A stretch of DNA of 64,000 bases, from assembly GCA_963719365.1 (NCBI GenBank), contig OY970380.1:1038903-1102902 (forward strand), given 5' to 3'. The notes below the pieces were generated by a model. It had not been told where the DNA came from. It saw only the letters and a list, made by a program, of their open reading frames with translations, and did no database searches. A program made the position numbers and the translations under genes. Shown piece after piece: positions 55,495-64,000 of the stretch. Position 1 is the stretch's first letter. Every line of letters begins with the position of its first letter. This stretch comes from Thermoanaerobaculia bacterium (GTDB taxonomy: Bacteria > Acidobacteriota > Thermoanaerobaculia > Gp7-AA8).

Positions 55495-57615
55495 ATGCAA
55501 TTGATTCGTCCAATCCGCGTTAGCCTTCTCGCCGCGACCGTACTGACGATGTCCAACATTGCGTTTGCAGAGCCCGTGACCGCACCGGCGCCACCGGCGA
55601 CGGCGAAGAAGCCGCACGTCACGAAGATCCACGGCGACACGCTGACCGACAACTACTTCTGGCTGCGTGAGAAGAGCAATCCGGACGTCATCGCGCACCT
55701 CGAGGCGGAGAACGCGTACACCGCGGCGATGACGGCGGACACGCAGCCGCTGCAGCAGAAGCTCTACGCCGAGATGCTCAGCCACGTGAAGCAGACCGAC
55801 GTCAACGTTCCCTACCGCCTCGGCGGGTACTACTACTACTCGCGCACCGAGGAGGGGAAGCAGTACCCGATTTACGCGAGAAAAAAAGGGAGCATCGATG
55901 CCGCCGAGGAGATCACCCTCGATCTCAACGAACTGGCGAAGGGTCTCAAGTTTCTCTCGCTTGGATCGTATCGGGTCAGCGATGACGGCAACCTCCTCGC
56001 CTACTCCACCGACACCACCGGCTATCGCCAGTACACGCTCGTCATCAAAGATCTGCGCACCGGCGCGCTTCTTCCCGAGAAGATCGAGCGCGTCGATACC
56101 GTCATTTGGGCGACGGACAACAAGACGATCTTCTACGTGACTGAGGACGCGGTCACCAAGCGATCCGACAGCTTCTACCGCCACGTCCTCGGCACCGCGG
56201 TCAACGATCTCGTCTTCCACGAGCCGGACGAGCTTTACGACATCGGCGCCTCTCGCACGCGCGACAAGGCCTTCATCATCGTCGAGTCGCAGAGCAAGAC
56301 GACGTCCGAAGCACGCTGCCTTCCTGCGAACAAACCGACGGAAGCGTTGCGCGTCGTCGTTCCGCGCGCCACCGATCACAAGTACTTCGTCGACCATCGC
56401 GGCGACCTCTTCTACATCCGCACGAATGACCACGCCAAAAATTACCGGATGGTGACCGCGCCCGACTCCGCCCCGGAGATGAAGAACTGGAAGGAGATCA
56501 TCGCGGCGCGCGAGGATGTGAAGCTCGACGATTTCGATCTCTTCAAGGACCACATGGCCGTGTCGGAGCTGCAGGGCGGATTGCAGACGATTCGCGTGAT
56601 CGATTTGAAGACGAATCAGTCCACACCGATCGAATTTCCGGAGCAGGTCTACTCGGTTTTTCTCGACACGAATCCCGAGTTCGATTCGACAGCGTTGCGC
56701 TATCGCTACCAGTCACTCGTCACGCCGAGCTCCGTTTACGACTACGACATGGCGAGCCACTCCAGCAAGCTGCTCAAGCGAGTGGAGGTTCCAAACTACG
56801 ATCCCTCGAAGTACGCCACCGTGCGTGTGTACGCGACGGCGGCCGACGGAACGAGAATCCCGATGTCGATGGTCTTCAAGAAGCCACTGGCACGAGACGG
56901 CAAACGCCCGGTGTTGCTCTATGCGTATGGTTCCTACGGCTCGCCGACGTGGCCAACGTTCAATTCCGCCAGGCTGACACTGCTCGATCGCGGCGTGATG
57001 TTCGTCATCGCTCATATTCGGGGCGGCGGCGAGCTCGGCGAGCCGTGGCGGGAGGCCGGGCGGATGATGACGAAGCGGAATACGTTCACGGACTTCGTGG
57101 CAGTGGCCGAGCACCTGGTCAATAACCACTACTCGTCCCGCGACCGGCTCGTGATCCAAGGCGGCAGCGCGGGCGGATTGCTCATGGGCGCGGTGGTGAA
57201 CATGCGTCCGGATTTGTTCAAGGCCGTCGTCGCGCAAGTCCCCTTCGTCGACGTGATCAACACGATGCTCGACGCCAGCCTGCCTCTGACCACGAGCGAA
57301 TACCTGGAATGGGGCAATCCGAACATCAAGAAAGAGTACGACTACATCAAGACGTACTCGCCCTACGACAACATCGCCGCGAAGGCGTATCCAGCGATGC
57401 TGGTGAAAGTGTCACTCAACGACAGCCAGGTGCCGTATTGGGAAGGAACGAAGTTCGTGGCGAAACTGCGCGAGATGAAGACCGACTCGAACCCGCTGCT
57501 CCTCAAAGTAAACATGGGCGCCGGCCACGGCGGCTCATCCGGACGCTACGACGCACTGCGCGAAACCGCGGCGGATCAGGCGTTCATGCTGAAGGAAATG
57601 GGGATCAGGGAGTAA
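55495..57615 (+). CDS. S9A prolyl oligopeptidase family, oligopeptidase B-like
   Basis: Signal peptide; beta-propeller N-domain; catalytic GGSAGGLL (Ser), later D and H regions; about 706 aa from ATG 55495. Confidence 0.85.
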   Translation: MQLIRPIRVSLLAATVLTMSNIAFAEPVTAPAPPATAKKPHVTKIHGDTLTDNYFWLREKSNPDVIAHLEAENAYTAAMTADTQPLQQKLYAEMLSHVKQTDVNVPYRLGGYYYYSRTEEGKQYPIYARKKGSIDAAEEITLDLNELAKGLKFLSLGSYRVSDDGNLLAYSTDTTGYRQYTLVIKDLRTGALLPEKIERVDTVIWATDNKTIFYVTEDAVTKRSDSFYRHVLGTAVNDLVFHEPDELYDIGASRTRDKAFIIVESQSKTTSEARCLPANKPTEALRVVVPRATDHKYFVDHRGDLFYIRTNDHAKNYRMVTAPDSAPEMKNWKEIIAAREDVKLDDFDLFKDHMAVSELQGGLQTIRVIDLKTNQSTPIEFPEQVYSVFLDTNPEFDSTALRYRYQSLVTPSSVYDYDMASHSSKLLKRVEVPNYDPSKYATVRVYATAADGTRIPMSMVFKKPLARDGKRPVLLYAYGSYGSPTWPTFNSARLTLLDRGVMFVIAHIRGGGELGEPWREAGRMMTKRNTFTDFVAVAEHLVNNHYSSRDRLVIQGGSAGGLLMGAVVNMRPDLFKAVVAQVPFVDVINTMLDASLPLTTSEYLEWGNPNIKKEYDYIKTYSPYDNIAAKAYPAMLVKVSLNDSQVPYWEGTKFVAKLREMKTDSNPLLLKVNMGAGHGGSSGRYDALRETAADQAFMLKEMGIRE

Positions 57616-57781
57616 CGGGCCGAGGGCGCCGGGACGGCGCCCTGCCAGCCGGCGAGACGCCAGCGTTCCGCAACATGGAACGCCGCCGTCCCCGGCGGCT
57701 GGCCCGGCGGCGTCTCGCCGCCGAACGTTACACTTCCGCGGCCTCAGCCAAATTGTTATAGACCGGGAGGATCGATGCGTC

Positions 57782-58165
57782 TCACTTCTTCGTCATGTTG
57801 ATCTGAACACTCTCGGGAACCCGGTTGTACATCGCTCCATCGGCTGCGTCGATGATCCATCCCGGAATACCGCCGATGGCAACATTGCCCCAAATCCAAC
57901 CAGAAATAGTCTTTGCAAAGGTGGCTGAGGCGTCTTCGTAACCGTCGTGGACCAACGACAATGCACACTTGTCCGCGTTGCGCTTGAGCTTCACGGTGAT
58001 CGGCGTGACGCCGGCGTTTTGGAGACCATTTCCGCAATCGACACTGACCGCCGCCCCCGCGGGAGTGGAGTTCACTGGCACTTCCTGATAGCGGCCATGA
58101 GCCACCGTCGCGCAACGCGCGCAGACCGACAGCACGGCTAGAGCAAGTAGCGTTCGCATCATCAT
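57782..58165 (-). CDS. Hypothetical secreted protein
   Basis: Start at MMMRTLLALAVLSV (58165) with AGGAAGGGAA RBS context; no recognised domain. Confidence 0.45.
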   Translation of the reverse strand: MMMRTLLALAVLSVCARCATVAHGRYQEVPVNSTPAGAAVSVDCGNGLQNAGVTPITVKLKRNADKCALSLVHDGYEDASATFAKTISGWIWGNVAIGGIPGWIIDAADGAMYNRVPESVQINMTKK

Positions 58166-58240
58166 CGTTCCCTTCCTTGGCCCATTAAGACACCAAGCCA
58201 TTAAAAAGGTGGGCGGCACGATGCGTCGTTCAAGATCGAG

Positions 58241-58315
58241 GTCGAACGTAGGTCGGACTCTCTAGTCCGACTATGAAACGGCCGGAGTCGGACTGGAGAG
58301 TCCGACCTACGTTTG
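58241..58315. other. Nested perfect hairpin element
   Basis: aacgtaggtcggactctc ... gagagtccgacctacgtt (18-bp perfect stem) enclosing agtccgact..agtcggact. Confidence 0.35.
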
Positions 58316-58418
58316 CCTTTTCATGACGAGTCCGAACGTTGCCCGAAGAACTAACTCTGCGGTTGAAGCACCACCGCTGCACGAAACATGGTGATGGAAA
58401 TGGCGACGATTAGGCCAG

Positions 58419-59150
58419 TCACGACAACAGCTCGTCGAGCATCTTCTTACGATGATTCAGGAAGTCCCGCGTAACGAGGTAATGGTCCGTCTCCTCGTAG
58501 GCAACCTCGCGCATTCCGTCGTCGAGCTGAAGGATTGTCGCATTGGGATATGCCATCACGATTGGCGAATGCGTGGCGATCAGGAACTGTGAGCCACGCT
58601 GAATGAGCTGGTGAATGCGGGCCAGCAGGGCGAGCTGGCGAGCGGGAGAAAGCGCCGCTTCAGGCTCGTCGAGGATATAGAGCCCATCACCAAGAAAACG
58701 ATTCATCAGCAGCGCCAGAAACGCTTCGCCGTGCGACTGCTCGTGCAGCGACACGCCTCCGTAGCCCCTCGTTACGCCAAGCCGGTCGATCTCCGTTGCC
58801 ACGTTGAAGAAGGATTCGGCGCGAAGGAAATAGCCATCGGAGGGAAAGCGTGGCGATCGAATGAGGTGAAAGAACAGCGGCCGTTCGCTCTCCTCTTCGC
58901 GGCGTACGGTCTCGAACCGGAAGTTCTTTGAGCCGCCTTCTTCATTGAATCCCGCCGCGACGGCGAGCGCTTCGATGATCGTTGATTTGCCGGATCCGTT
59001 CTCACCGACAAAGAACGTCACCGGCTTGCGAAATTCGATGCCTTCGAAGCCGCGCATTGCAGGAACAGCGAGCCGGTAGTCGCGCGGCGCGCTTGGACCA
59101 AGCTCCGCCCGAATCACGAAGAGTTTCGAATCGAGGGCCTTTGCGTTCAA
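58419..59150 (-). CDS. Stand-alone ABC-type ATPase (AAA_21/RecF-like minimal ATPase, 243 aa)
   Basis: Walker A GENGSGKST, signature-like QSHGEAF, Walker B LYILDEPEAALSP, H-loop ATHSP. Confidence 0.8.
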   Translation of the reverse strand: MNAKALDSKLFVIRAELGPSAPRDYRLAVPAMRGFEGIEFRKPVTFFVGENGSGKSTIIEALAVAAGFNEEGGSKNFRFETVRREEESERPLFFHLIRSPRFPSDGYFLRAESFFNVATEIDRLGVTRGYGGVSLHEQSHGEAFLALLMNRFLGDGLYILDEPEAALSPARQLALLARIHQLIQRGSQFLIATHSPIVMAYPNATILQLDDGMREVAYEETDHYLVTRDFLNHRKKMLDELLS

Positions 59151-59156
59151 GTGATC

Positions 59157-59354
59157 TCACGCGTTTCGAAGGTCAGCGAGGTTTGTAACGGCGCCGCTTT
59201 GATAATCCTCTCGAGCTTCGCGAATTGATTCGAGATACGACGCCGAGCTGAGTGCTTCGAGGTGCTCAAAGTAGTCCTCGATGGTCCGGCGGACTGTGCT
59301 CTCAATCAATCGCTCCAACTCGCCGGTCGTCAGGTCTGCTACCCGTTGCGACAC
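59157..59354 (-). CDS. 65-aa hypothetical protein co-transcribed upstream of the ATPase
   Basis: 6-nt gap to ATPase start; helical, acidic; no recognised family. Confidence 0.45.
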   Translation of the reverse strand: MSQRVADLTTGELERLIESTVRRTIEDYFEHLEALSSASYLESIREAREDYQSGAVTNLADLRNA

Positions 59355-59363
59355 GCTACAAGT

Positions 59364-59891
59364 CTACTCCGACGATAAGCTGAGACGGATCAACGCGGCG
59401 GCAACGAGCGCCATCATGAGCAGCAGCATTGCCGTGCGTGACATCGCGGGAAGCTGCGGCACGACGGTCAGCGTGGCGCTGCCGCCGCCGAGGCTTGTGC
59501 CGGCGCCCGTGAACAAACTGCCGGTGTCGTTTTGGTAGCTGCCTGGCGTGGCGCTGAGGACTGGCGCGGTGATCGTGCAACTCCCATTCGCAGGGATCAC
59601 GCCGCTGACCATGATCAATGACGTTGAGTTGGGAGCGACAAAGCCATTGGGGCAGGTTGTCGACGCGGTGCCGGGAAACGGGCCCGCGTTCACCAGACCG
59701 GCCGGAAACGTATCCGAGATCGATGCGCCGGGCAGCGTGAACGCGTTCGGATTCGTGAGCGTGATGGTCATCGTCGCGATCTGATTGACTGCGACGATCG
59801 AAGGCGTAAACGACTTTGTGACGACGGGCGGAAAGCCGGTGGCAAACGCGGGTACCGCAAGAAGCACGAGCAAAGCAATGCTCCGTTTCAT
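59364..59891 (-). CDS. Secreted beta-rich protein (DUF11-like repeat, tentative) with C-terminal TM + basic tail sorting-signal-like segment
   Basis: Signal peptide ALLVLLAVPAFA; TMTITLTNPN..; C-terminus VVPQLPAMSRTAMLLLMMALVAAALIRLSLSSE. Confidence 0.5.
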   Translation of the reverse strand: MKRSIALLVLLAVPAFATGFPPVVTKSFTPSIVAVNQIATMTITLTNPNAFTLPGASISDTFPAGLVNAGPFPGTASTTCPNGFVAPNSTSLIMVSGVIPANGSCTITAPVLSATPGSYQNDTGSLFTGAGTSLGGGSATLTVVPQLPAMSRTAMLLLMMALVAAALIRLSLSSE

Positions 59892-59895
59892 CGTT

Positions 59896-60657
59896 CTACC
59901 TTTCTGTTTCGTTTCTCCTCGTCCGGAACTTTGCGCTCAGATAATCGCGGTTCATTCTGGCGATGAAATCCGTGGAGATCTCTTTCGGGCAGACCGCCTC
60001 GCATTCGCCGTACATCGTGCAACTGCCGAAGTGCTCCTCCATGATCTCGACCATGCGAATGACGCGCTCGTAACGCTCGGGCTGACCTTGCGGCAGGAGG
60101 CCGAGGTGCCCGATTTTGGCGGAGGTGAAGAGTTGCGCGGCGCCGTTCGGACACTGCGCGACGCATGCACCGCACTGGATGCATGCAGCAGCGTCCATCG
60201 AACGATCCTGCACGGCTTTCGGAATGAGCAGCGTATTGGCTTCGATCGCGCTGCCGGTGTTGACGGAGATGTAGCCGCCGGCCTGGATGATCATGTCGAG
60301 CGGGCTGCGGTCGACGATGAGATCTTTAATGATCGGGAACGCGCGCGCACGCCACGGCTCGACACGGATGTTGTCGCCGTGACTGAAGTGGCGCATGTGC
60401 AATTGGCAGGTGGCTGTGCCGCCGGCGGGACCGTGGGCGACGCCGTTGATCATCATGCCGCACGAGCCGCAGATGCCTTCGCGGCAATCGTGCTCGAAAT
60501 GGATCGGCTGCTCGTTTTTTTCGGTGAGGCGCTCGTTGACGACGTCGAGCATCTCCAGGAACGATGCGTCGGGGCTGATGTCCTTCGCTTCGTAGGTGAC
60601 GAACTTTCCTTCAGCGGTTCGCGAGGGCTGCCGCCAGACTTCCAGTGTGAGGTCCAT
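59896..60657 (-). CDS. sdhB: Succinate dehydrogenase/fumarate reductase iron-sulfur subunit
   Basis: 2Fe-2S ([16 protein letters not shown]) and 4Fe-4S/3Fe-4S ([24 protein letters not shown]) cysteine clusters. Confidence 0.9.
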   Translation of the reverse strand: MDLTLEVWRQPSRTAEGKFVTYEAKDISPDASFLEMLDVVNERLTEKNEQPIHFEHDCREGICGSCGMMINGVAHGPAGGTATCQLHMRHFSHGDNIRVEPWRARAFPIIKDLIVDRSPLDMIIQAGGYISVNTGSAIEANTLLIPKAVQDRSMDAAACIQCGACVAQCPNGAAQLFTSAKIGHLGLLPQGQPERYERVIRMVEIMEEHFGSCTMYGECEAVCPKEISTDFIARMNRDYLSAKFRTRRNETER

Positions 60658-62571
60658 TTACTTGTAGCTCCTCGTGGCCAGCTTCACTTCCTCATAGACG
60701 AGCGGTTCCTTGTGCAGCTCCGGCGCGCTTTGCTCGCCCTTGAACTGCCACGCGCCGACGTAAAGGAACTTGTCGTCATCGCGTTTCGCTTCACCATCCG
60801 CTGTCTGATATTCGGCGCGGAAATGGCCGCCGGCGGATTCTTCGCGGTGGAGCGCGTCGATGCACATCAATTCGCCGAGGTCGAAGAAGTCGGCGACACG
60901 GCCAGCGCGCTCGAGCGCCTGATTCGGCTCTTCGTTCGTGCCGAGGACGCGGACGTCGCGCCAGTACTGCTCGCGCAAGGTTCGTATGTCCGCAATCGCG
61001 GACTTCAGCCCCTCGGCGGTGCGGGCCATGCCGCAGCGCTCCCACATGATGTTGCCGAGCTCTTTATGGAACGAGTCGACGCTGCGGCTCCCCTTCGCGG
61101 AGACCAGCTTGTTGATGCGCTGCTCGACGTCGCTCTGCGTCTGTTTGAACTCCGGCGCTGTAGCGGCCACTTTCTTGCCGAGCTGACCGGCGAGGTAATC
61201 GCCAACGGTCACCGGCAGCACGAAATAGCCGTCGGCCAGACCCTGCATCAACGCGCTGGCGCCGAGTCGGTTGGCGCCGTGATCGGAGAAGTTTGCTTCG
61301 CCGCCGACGTAGAGGCCGGGAATCGTCGACATGAGGTTGTAGTCGACCCACAGTCCGCCCATCGTGTAATGCGGCGCGGGATAAATGCGCATCGGAAGCG
61401 AGTACGGATCTTCGGCGGTGATGTCGGCGTACATTTCGAAGAGATTGCCGTAGCGCTCCTCGATGACGGGACGCCCGAGGCGTTTGATGGCGTCGGCGAA
61501 ATCGAGATAGACGCCGCGGCCGCCCGGCCCGACCCCACGCCCTTCGTCGCAAACTTCCTTTGCTCCTCGGCTGGCAATATCCCGCGGCGCGAGATTGCCG
61601 TAACTCGGGTATTTGCGCTCGAGGTAGTAATCGCGCTCGTTCTCCGGAATCTGATCGGCACGGCGCGTGTCGCCGCCTTTTTTCGGAACCCAGATGCGGC
61701 CGTCGTTACGCAGCGATTCCGACATCAGAGTCAGCTTCGACTGGAAATCGCCGCTCTGCGGGATGCACGTTGGATGAATCTGCGTGTAGCAGGGATTGGC
61801 GAAGTACGCACCGCGGCGATACGCGCGCCAGATGGCGGTGGTGTTCGATGCTTTGGCGTTCGTCGAGAGATAGAAGACATTGGCGTAACCGCCCGTGGCG
61901 AGGACGACCGCGTCGGCGGCATACGAGCCGATCGTGCCGGTGACGAGGTTGCGAGTGATGATGCCTTTGGCCTGGCCGTCGACGAGAACGACGTCGAGCA
62001 TCTCGTGGCGCGGGAACATCTTCACGCGGCCGAGTGCGATCTGGCGCTCGAGCGCCTGGAACGCGCCGAGAAGAAGTTGTTGTCCGGTCTGGCCGCGGGC
62101 GTAAAACGTTCGTGAGACTTGCACGCCGCCGAACGAGCGATTCTCGAGCGTGCCGCCGTACTCGCGGGCAAACGGCACGCCCTGCGCGACTGCCTGATCG
62201 ATGATGTTGACGCTGAGTTGCGCGAGCCGGTAAACGTTCTCTTCGCGGGAGCGATAGTCGCCGCCTTTGACCGTGTCGTAGAAGAGGCGGTAAACGCTGT
62301 CACCATCATTCTGATAATTCTTGGCGGCGTTGATGCCGCCCTGCGCGGCGATGGAATGGGCCCGGCGCGGCGAGTCGTGATAGACGAAGCATTGGACGTT
62401 GTAGCCAAGCTCCGCCATCGTAGCCGCGGCGGCAGCGCCGGCCAGTCCGGCACCGACGACGATGACGTCGTACTTCCGTTTGTTGGCCGGATTGACGAGT
62501 TTGTAGTGGGCCTTGGCGTGCTCCCACTTCTGATCGATCGGTCCGGGCGGGATCTTGCTGTCGAGAGTCAT
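60658..62571 (-). CDS. sdhA: Succinate dehydrogenase/fumarate reductase flavoprotein subunit
   Basis: FAD-binding [28 protein letters not shown] (covalent FAD His region), RxxAxEVC... capping domain; 637 aa. Confidence 0.95.
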   Translation of the reverse strand: MTLDSKIPPGPIDQKWEHAKAHYKLVNPANKRKYDVIVVGAGLAGAAAAATMAELGYNVQCFVYHDSPRRAHSIAAQGGINAAKNYQNDGDSVYRLFYDTVKGGDYRSREENVYRLAQLSVNIIDQAVAQGVPFAREYGGTLENRSFGGVQVSRTFYARGQTGQQLLLGAFQALERQIALGRVKMFPRHEMLDVVLVDGQAKGIITRNLVTGTIGSYAADAVVLATGGYANVFYLSTNAKASNTTAIWRAYRRGAYFANPCYTQIHPTCIPQSGDFQSKLTLMSESLRNDGRIWVPKKGGDTRRADQIPENERDYYLERKYPSYGNLAPRDIASRGAKEVCDEGRGVGPGGRGVYLDFADAIKRLGRPVIEERYGNLFEMYADITAEDPYSLPMRIYPAPHYTMGGLWVDYNLMSTIPGLYVGGEANFSDHGANRLGASALMQGLADGYFVLPVTVGDYLAGQLGKKVAATAPEFKQTQSDVEQRINKLVSAKGSRSVDSFHKELGNIMWERCGMARTAEGLKSAIADIRTLREQYWRDVRVLGTNEEPNQALERAGRVADFFDLGELMCIDALHREESAGGHFRAEYQTADGEAKRDDDKFLYVGAWQFKGEQSAPELHKEPLVYEEVKLATRSYK

Positions 62572-62614
62572 CGAGTCGTTCCCTGCCTGTGTGGTGGTGC
62601 GGAGGTTGTCGGGG

Positions 62615-63340
62615 TCAACGCAGGATTCCTATGAGGACGGCGATCGGAAAGGAGACGTTGCCGGCCGTGACGACGATCGCGAAGGTAGTCGCGAAGGCGC
62701 GCTTCCACGGATTGAATCCAGGATGATTGAGTCCCAGCGAATTGAACATGCTCCAGAGGCCGTGGTAAAGGTGCGTCCCCAGCGCGAGATTGGCGATGAT
62801 GTAAAACGCGCTCACCCACCACACCTGAAAGCCAGTGACGAAGTTGTGGTAGACGTCGCCTTCGATGAAATCAGGATGGAACTTACCGAAGGTGAGGTGC
62901 CCGAGGTGGTAGAAGACGAAGAGAAGGATGATGACGCCGCCCCAGCGCATCGTCCGCGCCGCGTACGAGCCCACCACGTACTCGCGCTCACGATACCCAA
63001 TCGGCCGGGCCTTCCGATTCATGATCGTCAACTGTGTGGCCGCGACGATGTGCAGGATCGCCGCGATGATCAGGAGCGTGCGCACGATGACCAGAGCCGT
63101 TTTGTTCGGCAGCAGCGGCGCGCCCATCGTGATCAGGAATCGTGCGTATTCGTTGTAATGCTCGGGGCCGAGGTAGACCTTCAGATTGCCGAGCATGTGC
63201 AAAAGGATCCAGCCGAAGAGGAAGATGCCCGTAATCGCCATGACGGCCTTCTTGACGATGGCGGAGCGGTAGAGGGCGATGATCCAGGGTACGCGCGGCG
63301 GACGCTGAACGGTCGGTGTCGCGGGAGCGGCAGCGGTCAT
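62615..63340 (-). CDS. sdhC: Succinate dehydrogenase cytochrome b subunit (b558-type, 5 TM)
   Basis: Five hydrophobic helices with conserved His residues; positioned first in sdhCAB order on the minus strand. Confidence 0.7.
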   Translation of the reverse strand: MTAAAPATPTVQRPPRVPWIIALYRSAIVKKAVMAITGIFLFGWILLHMLGNLKVYLGPEHYNEYARFLITMGAPLLPNKTALVIVRTLLIIAAILHIVAATQLTIMNRKARPIGYREREYVVGSYAARTMRWGGVIILLFVFYHLGHLTFGKFHPDFIEGDVYHNFVTGFQVWWVSAFYIIANLALGTHLYHGLWSMFNSLGLNHPGFNPWKRAFATTFAIVVTAGNVSFPIAVLIGILR

Positions 63341-63486
63341 GGCTGCATCATATCGAGGACGGGCGTGGGGTCAAGGATGAGGGATCACTGGCGCCGGTGA
63401 GGTAGGAAACAGAGATCAGGTGAAGCAGCGATCAGAAGTTCACGCGACAACTCGGGTGTTCCTCACTCTCTTTTCACGATTCCCTC

Positions 63487-63695
63487 TCATCGAGCGCCTT
63501 CTCCCCCACGCTTCTTGTGGGGGAGAAGGCGCTCGATGAGAGGGCGTTGGACTTCGCGGCAAAGGTGCCAAACAGGAGCCGCGCGATGACTTCACGGCGG
63601 GAACTTTGTGTCGTCGATCGCACCACACCCCTCATCCGCCTTCGGCACCTTCTCCCCTCGAAAAGCACGAGGGGAGAAGGCGCTCGATGGGAGAG
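63487..63695. repeat. Two copies of a palindromic hairpin repeat (ccttctcccc...ggggagaaggcgctcgatg)
   Basis: Copy 1 at 63487-63545 has perfect 26-bp arms (ccctctcatcgagcgccttctccccc / gggggagaaggcgctcgatgagaggg). Copy 2 at 63643-63695 has shorter arms but an identical right-hand tail. Confidence 0.45.
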
Positions 63696-63776
63696 TGCTG
63701 CAAGGAATGGAAGGGTCAAAAGAGCGTGTAAGAAATGCAACTAAGCTTTCTTCGCCTGATCTCTTGTCTCTAATCT

Positions 63777-64000
63777 CTACAAGCTCCCGCTTGCCAGCCT
63801 CTTCCTCACCTCTTCGCGCACATGCAGCCCGTGAGCCTCGGGTGTCAGGCCGGAAAAGAAATCGCGGTAGCCGGCGGCAGTTCTGGCGAGAAAGTCGGTC
63901 GTTGCGACGCGGTAGGTTTTCTGCGGATCGATGAAATCGGGTCTTGCGACGATTGCGACGGAATCGCTTCCTTCGCGCGAGTGCCCGTATGCGAGCAGCT
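63777..64000 (-). CDS. C-terminal fragment of a 5'-nucleotidase/metallophosphatase-family protein (gene continues beyond window)
   Basis: Minus-strand translation ends ...TYRVATTDFLARTAAGYRDFFSG..., resembling the 5'-nucleotidase C-terminal domain. TAG stop at 63777-63779. Confidence 0.4.
   Translation of the reverse strand, partial: LLAYGHSREGSDSVAIVARPDFIDPQKTYRVATTDFLARTAAGYRDFFSGLTPEAHGLHVREEVRKRLASGSL

Noticed and set aside
59785-62115. 776-aa + strand ORF
   Set aside because: Antisense to sdhB/sdhA.
1-64000. tRNA/rRNA genes
   Set aside because: Intergenic stretches were scanned for T-loop consensus (GTTCGAATC-like) and cloverleaf pairing; none found. No rRNA-like conserved blocks.

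Overview
High-GC (about 65%) bacterial chromosomal segment, densely coding on both strands, with outer-membrane and TonB-type proteins pointing to a Gram-negative (possibly Acidobacteria-like; this is a guess). Main content: (1) A 14-gene chemosensory (Che) operon at 647-14102. It encodes CheY, CheD, CheA, two paralogous MCPs, CheW, CheR and CheB. It also carries a split REC/EAL c-di-GMP phosphodiesterase output, a coiled-coil/GAF gene with an apparent frameshift, two outer-membrane beta-barrel genes and a TonB-C-like periplasmic protein. (2) A cassette of two paralogous small ORFs, each followed by a palindromic repeat, then an M50 (site-2-protease-like) membrane metalloprotease and a 1266-aa PAS/GAF-GGDEF-EAL protein (15537-20591). 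(3) A lower-GC stretch of about 4 kb (20950-24900): TPR protein, lipoprotein, GNAT, HTH/DUF2975 pair. (4) Transketolase, then a 316-bp MITE-like element with about 75-bp terminal inverted repeats, then a GH18 hydrolase. (5) A KaiC-like ATPase/pseudo-receiver/degenerate-GGDEF protein and a PNAG-like exopolysaccharide locus (LCP, phosphodiester glycosidase, PgaA-like TPR porin, GT2 synthase, 61-aa membrane protein). (6) A GAF/HD-GYP protein, a block of secreted hypotheticals, M48 peptidase, GNAT, MazG, cNMP-binding, AraC, B12-radical-SAM, a VapBC pair, CreD-like protein, rhombosortase with GlyGly-CTERM target lipoprotein, TetR, oligopeptidase B, an ABC-type ATPase two-gene module and sdhCAB. (7) Three families of short GC-rich palindromic intergenic repeats (GGGGAGT-based, CTTCGCG-heptamer-based, and a third at the window end). 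No rRNA, tRNA or CRISPR array was recognised. Start codons were chosen by homology logic and RBS inspection only; all family calls come from motif recognition by eye, not database searches.
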